A stretch of DNA of 63,323 bases, counting the filler, from Chiloscyllium plagiosum (Eukaryota): NCBI RefSeq assembly GCF_004010195.1. It is 5 parts of one record of this genome, joined end to end, with 100 filler letters (N's around TTAATTAATTAA, not from the genome) between each part and the next. Parts side by side here need not be neighbours in the genome. Positions count along the whole stretch, not along the records: positions 16,554 to 31,970 come from NC_057713.1; positions 32,071 to 56,650 come from NC_057713.1; 3 more parts are not named here. One strand, given 5' to 3'. A program made the position numbers and the translations under genes. A model generated the notes under the pieces. It saw nothing but the letters and a program-made list of their open reading frames with translations, did no database searches and was not told the DNA's origin. Positions 23,086 through 35,959 of this stretch are shown piece by piece (within the stretch, counting starts at the first letter, position 1; every line of letters begins with the position of its first letter).

Positions 23086-24739
23086 CTTTCATAAACCTTT
23101 ATAGAGAAATAGTGTTTATAAACAGTTCACAAATTCATACTAAGGTGATTGCATTGTTTGAAAGTTATGATTTATATAAATGCCACCAATTGTGGTTTAA
23201 AGAGGTCACATATGCAAATTGAAAATTAATTTTGTTGATAAGTGATGGAAAGCAACAGTTAATCACAAATATGGCTCTATAGGAAGTGAGTGTTTAGAAA
23301 AGTTCTTCAGAGTTTAAAATAATCTCTTAATAAAAATTTAATGCACAAAATGAACAAAACAAGATAGGTGCATGGGGTCCCAGACCAGACATCTCCCCAC
23401 CCCCCTCCTGTTTCTCTGCAGGCTTCAACCCCACTTGCCCCCACACCTAGTCCAGTCCCCTTGCCTCTCTCAGTGTAGGTCAACCCTCCCACTCTGACCA
23501 AACCCCTGTTCTTGTTGCAGACATCCCCCCCATCCCACTTCCTGCACCGGTCTTCGTCTTTGCTCCCCTGGGGCCACAGCCCTACCCTGTCAGTGGGTGA
23601 TATCACTGTGCATTAAACTTGATGACATTGTCGGCACATGTATAGATCTGCCCTGTTGCAGCCAGCTGACATCACAGAAACTATGTCTGTGCCTGCATTG
23701 TGGCCATATTGACGTTTATGGATAATCTTTCCATTGTTGAAATCACATTTACATTAAAGCACTGCAAAACAGGGCTCAATAGCAGCCTTCATACAATGTA
23801 CCACCAAATATTATTGAAGATACAATAAATATTTGTTGAACCTGTAATGATCATTCATTCCCGTGAAAATCATGCTGGAACAGCATCCCTCCTCTTGTAC
23901 TGTTATTGTATTCTCCGTGCAACAAAGTCCCTTCTTCAGAGGACAGGAAGCTTTTATGTTTTGGGAATTGTAAGTGTGACATAACATTTGCTCTCCAAGT
24001 TTGATAAGCAGCCCATAAAGCCTAAGCAATGTTACCATAACTGTAAAAGAAAATAAAAATGAATGAATGTTGGGTACTATTAATAGCTGTATCAATAGGA
24101 ATGTACATTTGACTGACATACACAGGTCAGTCTGATGTGGGATGGATTACATTTGGACATTTCAAGGGCAGTTGTAAAATGAGATTTCTATTTCTATAGC
24201 TGTGAGATACATTAGACAAGTAGCTCTGGATAACAAGACACTTCGATATTGTCTGTCTGCGGGAGAAAGAAACAGAATGTTAAAGCTGTCTTATGAACAT
24301 TGAAGCTAAGGAACATTGGAGCATAGGAACATGAGGAGCCCATTTACAGTATTCATCCTGTGTGTTCCCTTATGCAAAGAGATACCTTCATAAACTCAAC
24401 TTAGCCTTACCTTTAATCATTCTTAGATTCTGGGACAATGAACAGCTCATCTGTTTTATTGATGAGCGTCAAAAATACTGAAGACATTGCAGTTTTTCTG
24501 ATGACAGCTCAATGCAAAATGGGATAGAAATGGGAGAATAAACAAATAATGAATTTATAGGAAATGAAAATGTTGCTGTAAAGCTTGATTTTGGTGAAAT
24601 TAGATGCCTCAGTCATGATCTAAAATTTATTGAACTCATTATTGTATGTGGAAGGCTGTATACTGCCCAATTAAAAGATTTGGTGCTGTTTTTAACATTA
24701 GCCTTTAGCTTCACTGGAAAAATTTAAGACCACCATTTA

Positions 24740-25380
24740 TCAGGCACTAGTCATGAATGTATGGAATGCTCCCTATTTGCCTGAATAAGTGCAGCTCCAA
24801 CAACACTCAAGAAGCTTGACACCATCCATATAAGGAGAAAGTGAGGACTGCAGATGCTGGAGATCAAAGTCAAAAAGTGTGGCGCTGGAAAGGCACAGCA
24901 GGTCAGGCAGCATCCAAAGAACGGGAAAGCCGATGATTCAGGCATAAGCCTTTTATCAGGAATTCACTATCCATTACAATGCAGCTTGATTGGCAGCACA
25001 TCCACAAGCAGTCACTCCCTCCACCTCTGGCACTCACTAGCAGCAGTGTACTATCTACAAGATGCGCAATAGAAATTCACCAAAGATTCATAAATACCAC
25101 GTTCCAAATCACAACCACTATCATCTAGAAGGGCAAGGGCAGCAGCTATATGGGAACACCACCATCTGTAAGTTCCCCTCCAAGTCATTCATCATCCTAA
25201 CTTGGAAATATATCACCGTTCCTTCAGTGTCACTGGGTCAAAATCCAGGAATTCCCTCCCTAAGGGCATGTACTGCAGCGGTTCAAGTAGGCAGCACACC
25301 TCCACCCTCTCAGGAACAACTATGGATGGACAATAAATGCTGGCTGGCTAGTGACGCCCAGACCCCATGCATTAAAAAAA
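24740..25380 (+). mobile_element. CR1/Zenon-like LINE 3' end with nested PLE pLTR (24830-24964, minus strand, 10-bp TSD)
   Basis: MECSLFA*ISAAPTTLKKLDTI...HSLHL; 3' tail gatggacaataaatgctgg; TSD caccatccat/cactatccat at 24820-24829 and 24965-24974. Confidence 0.75.
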
Positions 25381-25729
25381 ATGATATAACTGCCAAAACT
25401 TGTAAGCTGATTTATATTCAGCTGGCTTGTTTCCTGAAAATAAATATGAATACTGCAACAAAAAGACCTCTCAGAGGATGCTCTCAAATGTGATGTTGTA
25501 CATGATTTAACAGGCCATTGTATCACATGGAAGACCAAATCCCTGGAAAATCCATTAATTGAAGCATGGGAAAAATCTTTGTGCGGACTACTGTACAGTT
25601 ACAGGAGGCTTAGTTGGAAATAGATCAACATACAAATCTGGAAAGATGATAAGTCAAAGCAATGGAGGGATTTGAAGATGAGGCTTTAACCTCTGCAATT
25701 TTTCTCCATAACCCTCTCCACTTCCAGCT

Positions 25730-26245
25730 GGGGAGGCAGTGGCATAATGGTAATGTCATTGAAATAATATCCTGAACCCCAGGCCAATGCAACATGGGTT
25801 TGAATATGACTTTAACAGAAATTTGAATTCAATAAAAATCTGGAATAAAAATCCACTTGGTTCACATGGAAGACAAGAGAACCTTCCTTTCAAGAAGAAT
25901 TTCGGTATGGTTTACCTGTGATACCCATAGGACTCACACTGGCTGAGATTATCATGAAAGATTCTTCTTCTGTGTTTCTCCCCTTGCCTGAGCTGTGATG
26001 ACCCTCAGGTCAAACTACCACCAGTCATCTTCTCCGAAGGAGAAAGCAACCCTATGGTCACTTGGGACTTTGGCAACCTCTCCCTTGTTTTTTACATGTG
26101 ACTCCAGGTCCACAGCAATGTGGTTGTCCCTAATGTCTTATTGAAATGATGTGGCAAACTAGTCAGATAAAGGGGAAGTTACAGATGGCTAATAAATGCA
26201 GACCTAGCCAGTGATGCCTCCGTTCCATGAATGAATCAAAAAAAC
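25730..26245 (+). mobile_element. tRNA-derived SINE with Zenon-like LINE tail, containing a nested SINE (~25935-26085)
   Basis: Head ggaggcagtggcataatggtaatgtca; tail gatggctaataaatgc...ccatgaatgaat; paralogs at 50365-50650(-) and 62865-62992(-). Confidence 0.6.
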
Positions 26246-27345
26246 CCAACTTACCTTCTTCAAAGTGATCTTTAAAACTGATCTCTTTAGAAGAGCTTTT
26301 GATCATTTGTCCCATTACCTCCTTATGTGACTCAGTGTCAAATCATGCTTGATACCAGACCAGTGAAATGCCTTTGAATATATAATACAATGAAGCCACT
26401 AAATAGATTCAAGCTGCAATTGCTGTGTAAGTTGAAATTTGTACTTTCCACTATGTAAATCATTTCCAGTAACACAGTGTCAATGTACTCAAATTCATTT
26501 AGTAGATTCCATTGTCTTACTTTATTGTCCACCAAGTGTTCATTTTACACTTCTCCTATTTTAATTCTCCGTAATCTCAAAATTTAGTGGCAACTTTCAA
26601 CCCACAGGATGGCTAATTGATCGTAATAAGTACTGTTCTCTTAATATATTTGTGAATTTTTTGTACTGTTTGTGTGACCAGAATGAACAATTTCTAATCA
26701 AAGATTAGTTAGCACTACAGACACATTTCCATACAATACGTGACCTCCTTATACTTCCTACCAAAATGTATTATATTGCATTGAAGTTAATTTGTCAATT
26801 ACATGCTCACTATACATATTTGTAAAAGCCTTCCAGTATTTTGTCAGAATCCTTCTCTGTACTAATGACATTTGTTAATGTGAAGTTCCTCAGCATATTT
26901 TGAAATTTCCTTTACTTCCTTGTTGTAATGTTACCCAAAAGAATAAAATAACTGTTTTAACTCGAGACTGAACACTACCTTGAAAGCTGGTGCACGATAA
27001 CAGATTGTGAACATCCAATTATTTTATATTGCTCAGGGAACACAGCTTATATATAAATTCTGAGCCGAAGCCTGACAGAGAACTCTATAATCCGTAATGA
27101 TTTAATCAACAAAATAAGTGGTACAAAAAACAATAGAAATTACAAAAGACTTTATCTTACTGGATCTGAAATTAATTGATGTTTCAATTTTTAAACATCT
27201 GATAAAACTCAAATATAATGTACAATGAAAGTACGTACATGATAAACAAACTCCTTTTGATTAGCAAATTGATCAAATGTATAAATATTTTTGATTGCAG
27301 GACCTATTATATTAATATTAATGAAATCATTTGTCTTCTTAACAG

Positions 27346-27463
27346 CTTTTCCATGTGGCTTATATTCTTATAAAGTTTGCTAATTCTCCACGTCCTGACC
27401 TTTGGGTGCTTGAGAGATCAGTTGACTTTGGAAGATCCTACAGTCCATGGCAGTACTTCGCTC
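27346..27463 (+). CDS. LAMA3: Laminin subunit alpha-3 internal coding exon (N-terminal LN domain; long alpha-3B-type isoform, probably exon 3)
   Basis: Acceptor ttgtcttcttaacAG and donor C|GTAAGT bound a 118-nt phase 0 to phase 1 exon translating [39 protein letters not shown](H). As I recall them, LAMA3 reads [10 protein letters not shown]...[17 protein letters not shown] and LAMA5 reads VFHVAYVLIK...YQPWQFFAS; this exon fits LAMA3 better. Confidence 0.92.
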
Positions 27464-27532
27464 GTAAGTCTCACATGTTTTTACCTCGGGATTTTACTTT
27501 ATTTTGTTCTTGCTTTTACAAACTAGTTTCTT

Positions 27533-28836
27533 CATCTAGAGAGGAATAAGTTGATTAGGGATAGTCAACATGGTTTTGTGAAGGGTAGGTCATGCCTCAC
27601 AAGCCTTATTGAGTTCTTTGAAATGGTGACTAAACAGGTGGATGAGGGTAAAGCGATTGATGTGGTGGATATGGATTTCAGCAAAGCGTTTTTTAAGGTT
27701 CCGCACAGTAGGCTATTCCACAAAATGCTGAGGCACGAGATCAAGGGTGATGTAGCAGACTGGATCAGATATTGGCTAGCTGAAAGAAGATAGAGAGTGG
27801 TGGTTGATGGGAAATGTTCATCCTGGAGTTCAGTCACTAGTGGGGTACCGCAAGGATCTGTTTTAGGGCCACTGCTGTTTGTCATTTTTATAAATGACCT
27901 AGATGAGGAAATAGAAGGATGGGTTAGTAAATTTGCAGATGACACTAAGGTTGATAGAGTTATGGATAGTGCTGAAGGTTGTTACAGGTTACAGAGGGAC
28001 ATAGATAAGCTGCAGAGCTGGGCTGGGAGGTAGCAAATGGAGTTTAATGTGGACAAGTGTGAGATGATTCACTTTGAAGGAGCAACAGGAGTAAAGAGTA
28101 CTGGGCTATTGATAAGATTCTTGGTAGTGTAGATGAGCAGAGAGATCTCGGTGTCCATGTACATAGATCCCTGAAAGTTGCCACCCAGGTTGATAGGGTT
28201 GTTAAGAATGCGTACCGATGTGTTAACTTTTATTGGTAGAGGAATTGAGTTTCGGAACCACGAGATCATGCTGCAGCTGTACAAATCTCTGTTGCAGTCG
28301 CACTTGGAGTACTGCACATAGTTCTGATCACTGCATTGTAGGAAGGATGTGGAAGCTTTGGAAAGGGTGCAGAGGAGATTTACTAGGATGTTGGGTGGTA
28401 TGGAGGGAAGGTCTTATGAGGAAAGGCTGAGGGACTTGAGGCTGTTTTTGTTAGAGATAAGAAGGTTGAGAGGTGATTTAATTGAGACATGTAAGATAAT
28501 CAAAGGATTAGATAGGATGGACAGTGAGAACCTTTTTCCTCAGATGATGATGGCCAACACATGGGGACATAGCTTTAAATTGAGGGGTAATAGATATAAG
28601 ACAGATGTCAGTGGTAGTTTCTTTACTCAGAGAGTAGGAGGGGTGTGCAACACATTGCCTTAAACAGTAGCAGACTTGCCAACTTTAAGGGCATTTAAAT
28701 GAACATTGGATAAACATATGGATGAAAATGTAATAGTGTAGGATAGATAGGCTTCAGCTTGGTTCCACAGGTTGGCGCAAAATAAAGGGCCGTAGGGCCT
28801 GTACTGCGCTGTAATGTTCTATGTTTTATATGTTCT
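27533..28836 (+). mobile_element. 5'-truncated CR1 LINE (RT to 3' end)
   Basis: [32 protein letters not shown] and a TGTTCTA tail; has in-frame stops. Confidence 0.93.
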
Positions 28837-29229
28837 TCAAAGTTCAACTTGAAGTTCTTGGCTGAATCAAAAAATGAAATACTGAAAATGCTAGGCACCT
28901 GGAATAAAAACAAAATGCTGGAAACATGCAGCCTCTTTGGAGAAGAATTAATGTCTTGTTCAAAGATCTTTCATTATTGACATGAAATATTGAGCTCAGA
29001 TTTTGCCACCCTAACACAGGGCAAACCTGGATCTGGTGACTTTAAATGGAGGTTTTGGGTGGAACATAAATTTAAATGTCCCAGCCAATTACCAGAGTAA
29101 ACCTGATTGGGTGGTGATCCAAAGTACTCCAGAGTTATGTGAATTACAAAAAGCTAGTGTCCAAGTTCACTGGGGAGAAGGGGAAGGCAAATGGAGTTTT
29201 TTTTCAAGGGAATATAGTGTAACAATAGG

Positions 29230-29985
29230 AAACATTGAACATGAAACAATATAGCACAGGAACAGGCCTTTCAGCCCACCATGTCTTTGCTGCATGATGC
29301 CATTCTAAAAGAAACCCATTTGTCTGCATGTGGTCCATATCCCTCTATTTCCTGCCTGTTCATGTATCTAAATTCCTCTTAAATGTTGCTGTCATGTTTG
29401 CTTCTACAACATCCCTAGGCAGTGCATTCCACTACGTAAAAAAGCTTCCCTTATCTCCTTTAAACCTTTCCCCTCTCATCTTAAACCTATATCCCCTACT
29501 ATTTTCCATTTCCACACTGAGAAAGAGACTCCCAACTACCCATCCTTTCTGTGCCTCTTATAATTTTAAATACTTATGTCAGATCACTCCTCAACCTTCA
29601 ATGTTGTAGTGCAAATAATCACATTTTGTTCAAGTTCTCCTTATAGCTAGTACACTCCAACCCAGGTTACATTGTGGTAAATTTCTTTTGCATCCTCTCA
29701 AAAGTCTCCATATCCTTCCTATTGTGTGGTGACCAGAACTGCACACAATACTCCATAGGTGGCCAAACTAAAGTCTTATACAACTGCAATATGACTTGCG
29801 ACCTTTTATACTTAATGCCCCAACTGATGAAGGCAAGCATGCCGAATGTCTGCTTTCCCACCTTATCCACTCGTGTTGCTATTTTCAGGGAGCTATGGAC
29901 ATGCACCCCAAGATCCCTAAAGTATATCAATTCTTCTGAGGGTCCTGCCATTTACTGTGCACTTTCCACTTGCATTTTACCTCTC
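29230..29985 (-). mobile_element. CR1 LINE 3' fragment
   Basis: ORF 29667-29951 contains RDLGVHVHSSLK...[10 protein letters not shown]. Confidence 0.85.
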
Positions 29986-30175
29986 TAATTATAACTCTGA
30001 TCTCTCTCTCTGCACCTTCTCTGTGGCTGTAACAATCTATTCTGCACTCTGTTCTGTCACTCTGATGCACTTTGTATGGTACGGTCTGTGTGTATAAGAA
30101 CACAAAACAACACTTTTCTCTATATCTCAGTACATCTGACAATAAATCAAACTCAAATTCAAATCAAACTTAAAC
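29986..30175 (+). mobile_element. Rex/Babar LINE 3' UTR
   Basis: Same 3' UTR and (TCAAA)n tail as 37500-37670. Confidence 0.6.
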
Positions 30176-30229
30176 TCAAGATGTTTACCTTACACCTCTG
30201 TCTGCAATACTTCCTCTATAATGTGTCGA

Positions 30230-30550
30230 CTTAAAATTATCAGATGGGCACACAATGTGGTTCACTTACACTTGCTAGACATTGTATATATTCATAGGCA
30301 GGCACCTGGCCTGGAAAAGGAACATGCCCAGACGTTGAGCTTTATTTGAAATACACTAAACAGGAGAATGATACTTCCCCAGTGATTTTTCCATGGCAAC
30401 GCCCTGACGAGGCAGAATTACCTTGCTGTCCAATGACTACCCTTTTTTCTTGCCATATAAGTAGCTGCTTCCTTCTTTGTTTCAGTCCTGATGAATGCAA
30501 GACTTAAAGATTCTTCAATAGTTTTTATTTCTTCATCAATACTCAAATTC
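30230..30550 (+). mobile_element. Old PLE GIY-YIG C-terminus plus 3' UTR
   Basis: LKIIRWAHNVVHLHLLDIVYIH; CTGATGA remnant near 30488; paralog of 2630-2965. Confidence 0.55.
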
Positions 30551-30700
30551 TGTCCTGTCATCTGATTTATTCTCATTAAACAGATATTATATGCAATAAT
30601 CACATTTTTCCTTTAAAATTACAATTAATAAGGAGAAAACATTCCTGGGCAGCTTCAGCTTTTTTTTGTTTCTTTATGATTTATGAGCAGTAAAGTAGTT

Positions 30701-31028
30701 AGAATCATAGAATCCCTACAGTGTGGAAGCGGGCCATTCAGACCATCGAGTCCACACTGACCTTCTGAAGAGCATCCTACTCAGATCAACTCCTCTACCT
30801 TATCCCTGTAACCCTGCATTTTCCCCGTGGCCAATCCACCTAACCTGCACTTCCCTGGACACTATATGCAATTTAGCATGGCCAATCCACCTAACCTGCA
30901 CATCTTTGCACTTCGGGAGGAAACCCATGCTGACACGGGAAGAATGTGCAAACTCCACACAGTTGCCCAAGGGAATCAAACCCGAGTCTCTGGTGCTGTG
31001 AGGCAACAGTGCTAGCCACTGTGCCACC
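30701..31028 (-). mobile_element. HE1-type (V-domain) tRNA SINE, near full length
   Basis: Minus strand gtggcacagtggctagcactgttgcctcacagc...tgtgtggagtttgcacattc...ccacactgtagggattctatgattct (CR1-derived tail). Confidence 0.88.
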
Positions 31029-31334
31029 ACTGAGCTACTAGACCACCACTGAGCCATTGCAGTTGAATGTTTCTGTGGGATTTTATTGTGTACAAATATG
31101 ACCATAAGATCAAGTTGGCCATTCATCCCCTCATGTCTGCTTCACCATTCAGTGGGATCATAGCTGATCTGATAATCCTCAACATCATTTCTCTGCCTTT
31201 TCCTCATAACCCTTGATTCCATTATTGAATAAGAATCTGTTGTCTAGCCTTGAATATAGTTAATGACGTGGCCTTGACAGTGTCTCTGGTAAAGAATTAC
31301 ACAGGTTCACTGTCTTCTGAGAGAAGAAGGATTA

Positions 31335-34195
31335 TTCGAGGGGCTGAGAGGGTGATAGATAGAAGCTGCAGGGACATAGTTACGCCAGAGAACAGAGGTA
31401 GCTGGGTAACAGTTAGAGGTGGGAAGGGGAGGAAGCAGGCAGTGCAGGGATCCCCTGTGGTCGTTCCCCTCAACAATAAGTATACCGCTTTGGATACTGT
31501 TGGGAGGGACGGCCTAGCAGGGGTAAGCTTCAGTGACCGGGTCTCTGGCACGAGGTCCGGCTCTGAGGCCCAGAAGGGAAAAGGGGAGAGGAGGAGAGCG
31601 CGAGTTATAGGAGACTCTATAGTTAGAGGGACAGACAGATGGTTCTGTGGACATGGGCAAGACTCTCGGATGGTTTGTTGGCACCAACGACATAGGTAGG
31701 AAGAGGGGTGGGGAGGTCATTCAGGAGCTCAGGGATTAGGCTGGAAGCTAAAAGCTAGGACGGACAGAGTCGTCATCTCTGGGTTGTTGCCGGTGCCACG
31801 TGACAGTGAGGCAAGGAATAGGGAGAGAGTGCAGTTGAACACGTGGCTGCAAGGATGGTGTAGGAGGGGGAGCTTGGACTGCATTCTGGGGAAGATGGGA
31901 CCTGTACAAGCAGGACGGGTTGCACCTGAACCAGAAGGGAATCAATATCCTGGGGGGTAGGTTTGCTAGCNNNNNNNNNNNNNNNNNNNNNNNNNNNNNN
32001 NNNNNNNNNNNNNNTTAATTAATTAANNNNNNNNNNNNNNNNNNNNNNNNNNNNNNNNNNNNNNNNNNNNAGTATGAGTACTATAGATGGGTCAGTTTTT
32101 ATCCAATGTGTGCAGGAGGGCTTCCTGACACTGTATGTAGACAGGCCAACAAGGGGTGAAGCCACATTAGATTTGGTACTGTGTAATGAGCCTGGCCAGG
32201 TGTTAGACTTGGAAGTAGGTGAGCACTTTGGTGATAGCGATCACAATTCTGTTATGTTTACTTTAGTGATAGAAAGGGATAGGTGTATACCACTGGGCAA
32301 GAGTTACAGCTGGGGGAAAGGCAATTACAATGCGATTAGGCAAGATTTAGGAAGCATAGGATGGAGAAGGAAACTGCAAGGGATAGGCACATTAGAAATG
32401 TGGAGCTTATTCAAGGGAAAGCTAAATGTGTGTCCTAGATAAGTATGTACCTGTCAGGCAGGGAGGAAGCTGTACAGCGCGGGAGCCGTGGTTTACGAAG
32501 GAAGTGGTATCTCTGGTCAAGAGGAAAAAGCAGGCTTATGTTAGGATGAAATGTGAAGGCTCAGTTAGGGTGCTTGAGGGTTACAAGGTAGCCAGGAAAG
32601 ACCTAAAGAGAGAGCTCAGAAGAGCCAGGAGGAGACATGAGAAGTTGTTGGCGGATAGGATCAGGGTAAACCCTAAGGCTTTCTATAGGTATTTAAGGAA
32701 TAAAAGAATGGCGAGAGTAAGATTAGGGCCAATCAAGGATAGTAATGGGAAGTTGTGTGTGGAGTCAGAGGAAATAGGGGAAAACTAAATGAATACTTTT
32801 CAACAGTATTCACTCTAGAAAATGACAATGTTGTCGAGGAGATTACTAGATTAGGTGTGATTGAGGTTCACAAGGAGGAGGTATTAGAAATCCTGCTTTA
32901 TCCTAGGATCCTCTGGGAAGCCAGGGAGGAGCTTGCCGAGCCTTTGGCATTGATCTTTAAACCGCTATTGTCTACAGGAATAGTGCCAGAAGACTGGAGG
33001 ATAACAAATGTGGTTCCCCTGTTCAAGAAGGGGAGTAGAGACAATCCTGATATTATAGACCAGTAAGCCTCACTTCAGTTGTTGGTAAAGTGTTGGAAAA
33101 GGTTATAAGAGATAGGATTTATAATCTAGAAAAGAATAATTTGATTAGGGATAGTCAGCACAGTTTTATGAAGGGTATCGAGCCTCACAAACCTTTTTGA
33201 GTTCTTTGAGAAGGTGACCAAACAGGTTGATGTGGTGTATATGGATTTCAGCAAGGTGTTCAATAAGGTTCCCCACAGTAGGCTATTGTACAAAATGCGA
33301 AGGAATGGGATTGTGGGAGATATAGCAGTTTGGGTCAGTAATTGGCTTACTGAAAGACAGAAGATGGTGATGGATGGGAAATGTTCATCCTGGAGTCCAG
33401 TTACCAGTGGTGTACCGCAAGGGTCAGTGTTGGGTCCACTGCTGTTCATCATTTTTATAAACGACTTGGATGAGGGCGTAGAAGGGTGGGTTAGTAAATT
33501 TGCAGACGACACTAAGGACGGTGGAGTTGTGGATAGTAATGAAGGATATAGTAGGTTACAGAGAGACATAGATAAGCTGCAGAGCTGGGTTGAGAGGTGG
33601 CAAATGGAGTTTAATGTGGACAAGTTGCTACAGCTGTACAAAACTCTGATGTGGCCGCACTTGGAGTATTGTGTACAGTTCTGGTCACCACATTGTAAGA
33701 AGGATGTGAAAGCTTTGCAAAGGGTGCAGAGGAGATTTACTAGGATGTTGCCTGGTATGGAGGGAAGGTCTTACGAGGAAAGGCTGAGGGACTTGAGGTT
33801 GTTTTCGTTAGAGAGAAGGTGGTTGAGAGGTGACTTAATAGAGACATAAGATAATCAGAGGATTAGATAGGGTGGACAGGGAGAGCCTTTTTCTAAGAAT
33901 AGTGACGGCAAGCACGAGGGGGCATAGCTTTAAATTGAGGGGTGATAGATATAGGACAGATGTCAGAGGTAGTTTCTTTACTCCGAGAGCGTAGTAAGTG
34001 TATGGAATGCTTTTCCTGCAACGGTAGTAGATTCGCCAAGTCTAAGTACATTTAAGTCGTCGTTGGACAAGCATATGGACGTACATGGAATAGTGTAGGT
34101 TAGATGGGCTTCAGATTGGTGTGACAGGTCGGCGCAACATCGAGGGCCGAAGGGCCTGCACTGCGCTGTAATGTTCTAAAGTGTTCTATGTTCTA
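31335..34195 (+). mobile_element. Long CR1 LINE: ORF1 SGNH esterase half, ORF2 APE end and RT, 3' UTR; internally deleted and gapped
   Basis: ORF1 VIGDSIVRG; ORF2 [27 protein letters not shown] and FADDTK; TGTTCTA tail; stops, frameshifts and a gap at 31971-32070. Confidence 0.93.
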
Positions 34196-34199
34196 TCAC

Positions 34200-35800
34200 C
34201 GGCCGAGGCAGTGAATTCCAGACACCTGCCACCCTCTGCATAAAAAAGGCTTTTCCTTACATTCCCCACTAATCCTTCTGCCATTTAGCTTGAATCCAAA
34301 CCCTCGTTTTAACTCTGTCAAGGGAAATAGGTACCTTCCGTCTACTCTACCACCACCCCTCACAATTTTGTATACCTCAATCATGTTAGCCCTCAGCCTT
34401 TTATGTTCTTCTCCAATCAGCCCTGGAAACATTCTATTAAAACTTCTAAGCACACAACAGAGCAATTGCCTCCTCTCTGTAATGTGGTGACCAGATCTGC
34501 ACACAATACTCCAGTCGTGATCTCACCAGTGTCTTATACAGTTTCATTATTATATGTCTACTTTTGTATTCTATACCTCTACCAATGAAAGAAAGCATTC
34601 CATATGCCTTAATTATACCCTTATCTACCTGTACTGCTCCATTTGCACTTGCACGGAGATCATTCACTTAATGTACCCTCTCAGTATGTTCCCATTTATT
34701 GTGTATGCCTTTTTACAGTTTGACCTCCCTAAATGCATTACCTCACCCAGAGTTGAACTCGACCTGCCACATTCCTGACAATTCCACTAACTCATCTCTA
34801 TCATTTTGGAGCTTGTAGCTATCTCGACACTATCCACAAAATGGCCAATTTTTGTGTTGTCTGCATATTTCTCAATTGTGCCACCCCATATTCAAGTCCA
34901 ACCTTTAAATGTATAAGACAAATAGCAAGGATCCCAACACTGAGGCCTGTGGAATAGTTTGAAATACCTTCCCATTCGCAAGGGAAGTCAGTCATCGACC
35001 GTTATTCTTTGTTACCTGTTATTAAACCAGCTTTGGATCCAATTCAACACGTTACCTATCTCCCACTGGCTTTTTCTTTTTTCGACCAGACTGCCATATC
35101 GCACCTTGCCAACTGCCTTACTAAAATCCATGTACACAACACTTCGCACATTGAATTCTTTGAGGAAGTTGCAAGGAGGATCAAATTTGTAAGGTATGAC
35201 CTTCCCCTAACAATACATGCTTACTATCCCTGACTAGTCCATGCCCTTCTAAGTAACAGTTTATCCAATCTCTCAGTATTGATTCTAACAATTTGCCCAT
35301 CACTGGAGAGAGAGTATCTGGCCTAAAATTGTTTGGCACTTCCTTAGTACTCTTTTTAAACAATGGAGCCATATTTGCATTCCTCCAGTATTTTACCTGT
35401 GTCCAGTGAAGATTGGAAACTAACCCTCAGAGCATCTGCTAGTTCTTCCCTGACCTCCACCACCATCCCAGGAAACAATCTATCCAGCCTTGGCGACTTA
35501 TCCACTTCAAAGGATTCCAACTCCTCTAACATATCTCTTGTTATGATTACTTTTTAAAGAATTCACACTGCCCCTCTTGGATTACTCTATCTACATCATC
35601 CCTCTGTAAATATGGAGACAAAAAATAAATTTATTTAAAATTTTCCCATATCCTCAGCATCTTCACACAAGTTCCCTTCTCCATCTCTGATAAGTCCATC
35701 ACTATCCTTTTGCTCTTTATATACTAGTTAAACATCTTTGGGAGTTTCTTTATCTCGCTTGCTAACATTTTTCATACTCTTTCTTTGACTTCCTGACTTT
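34200..35800 (-). mobile_element. Older decayed CR1 ORF2
   Basis: LYKTLVRSRLEYCVQIWSPHY; PLFKKS...NFRP. Confidence 0.8.
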
Positions 35801-35959
35801 TTTATTTCACTTGATCCCTGTACTTTCCATATAGACCATTTCTATTGCTTGATCTTTATATCAAATACGATAGATTCTCCTGTTGCTTTTGACATTCATT
35901 AGGCCAAATCTCAACTTGCATAACAGACTGAAAAGACTCATGAAGTCAGCATTGGGAGT

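Noticed and set aside
27464..27549. Read-through of the LAMA3 exon into the intron as a short secreted LN isoform
   Set aside because: A strong GTAAGT donor is present. The extension is unrelated to laminin, ends in a CR1 and would truncate the LN fold early.
30960..31028. tRNA gene
   Set aside because: The A/B boxes belong to a SINE head; no cloverleaf.
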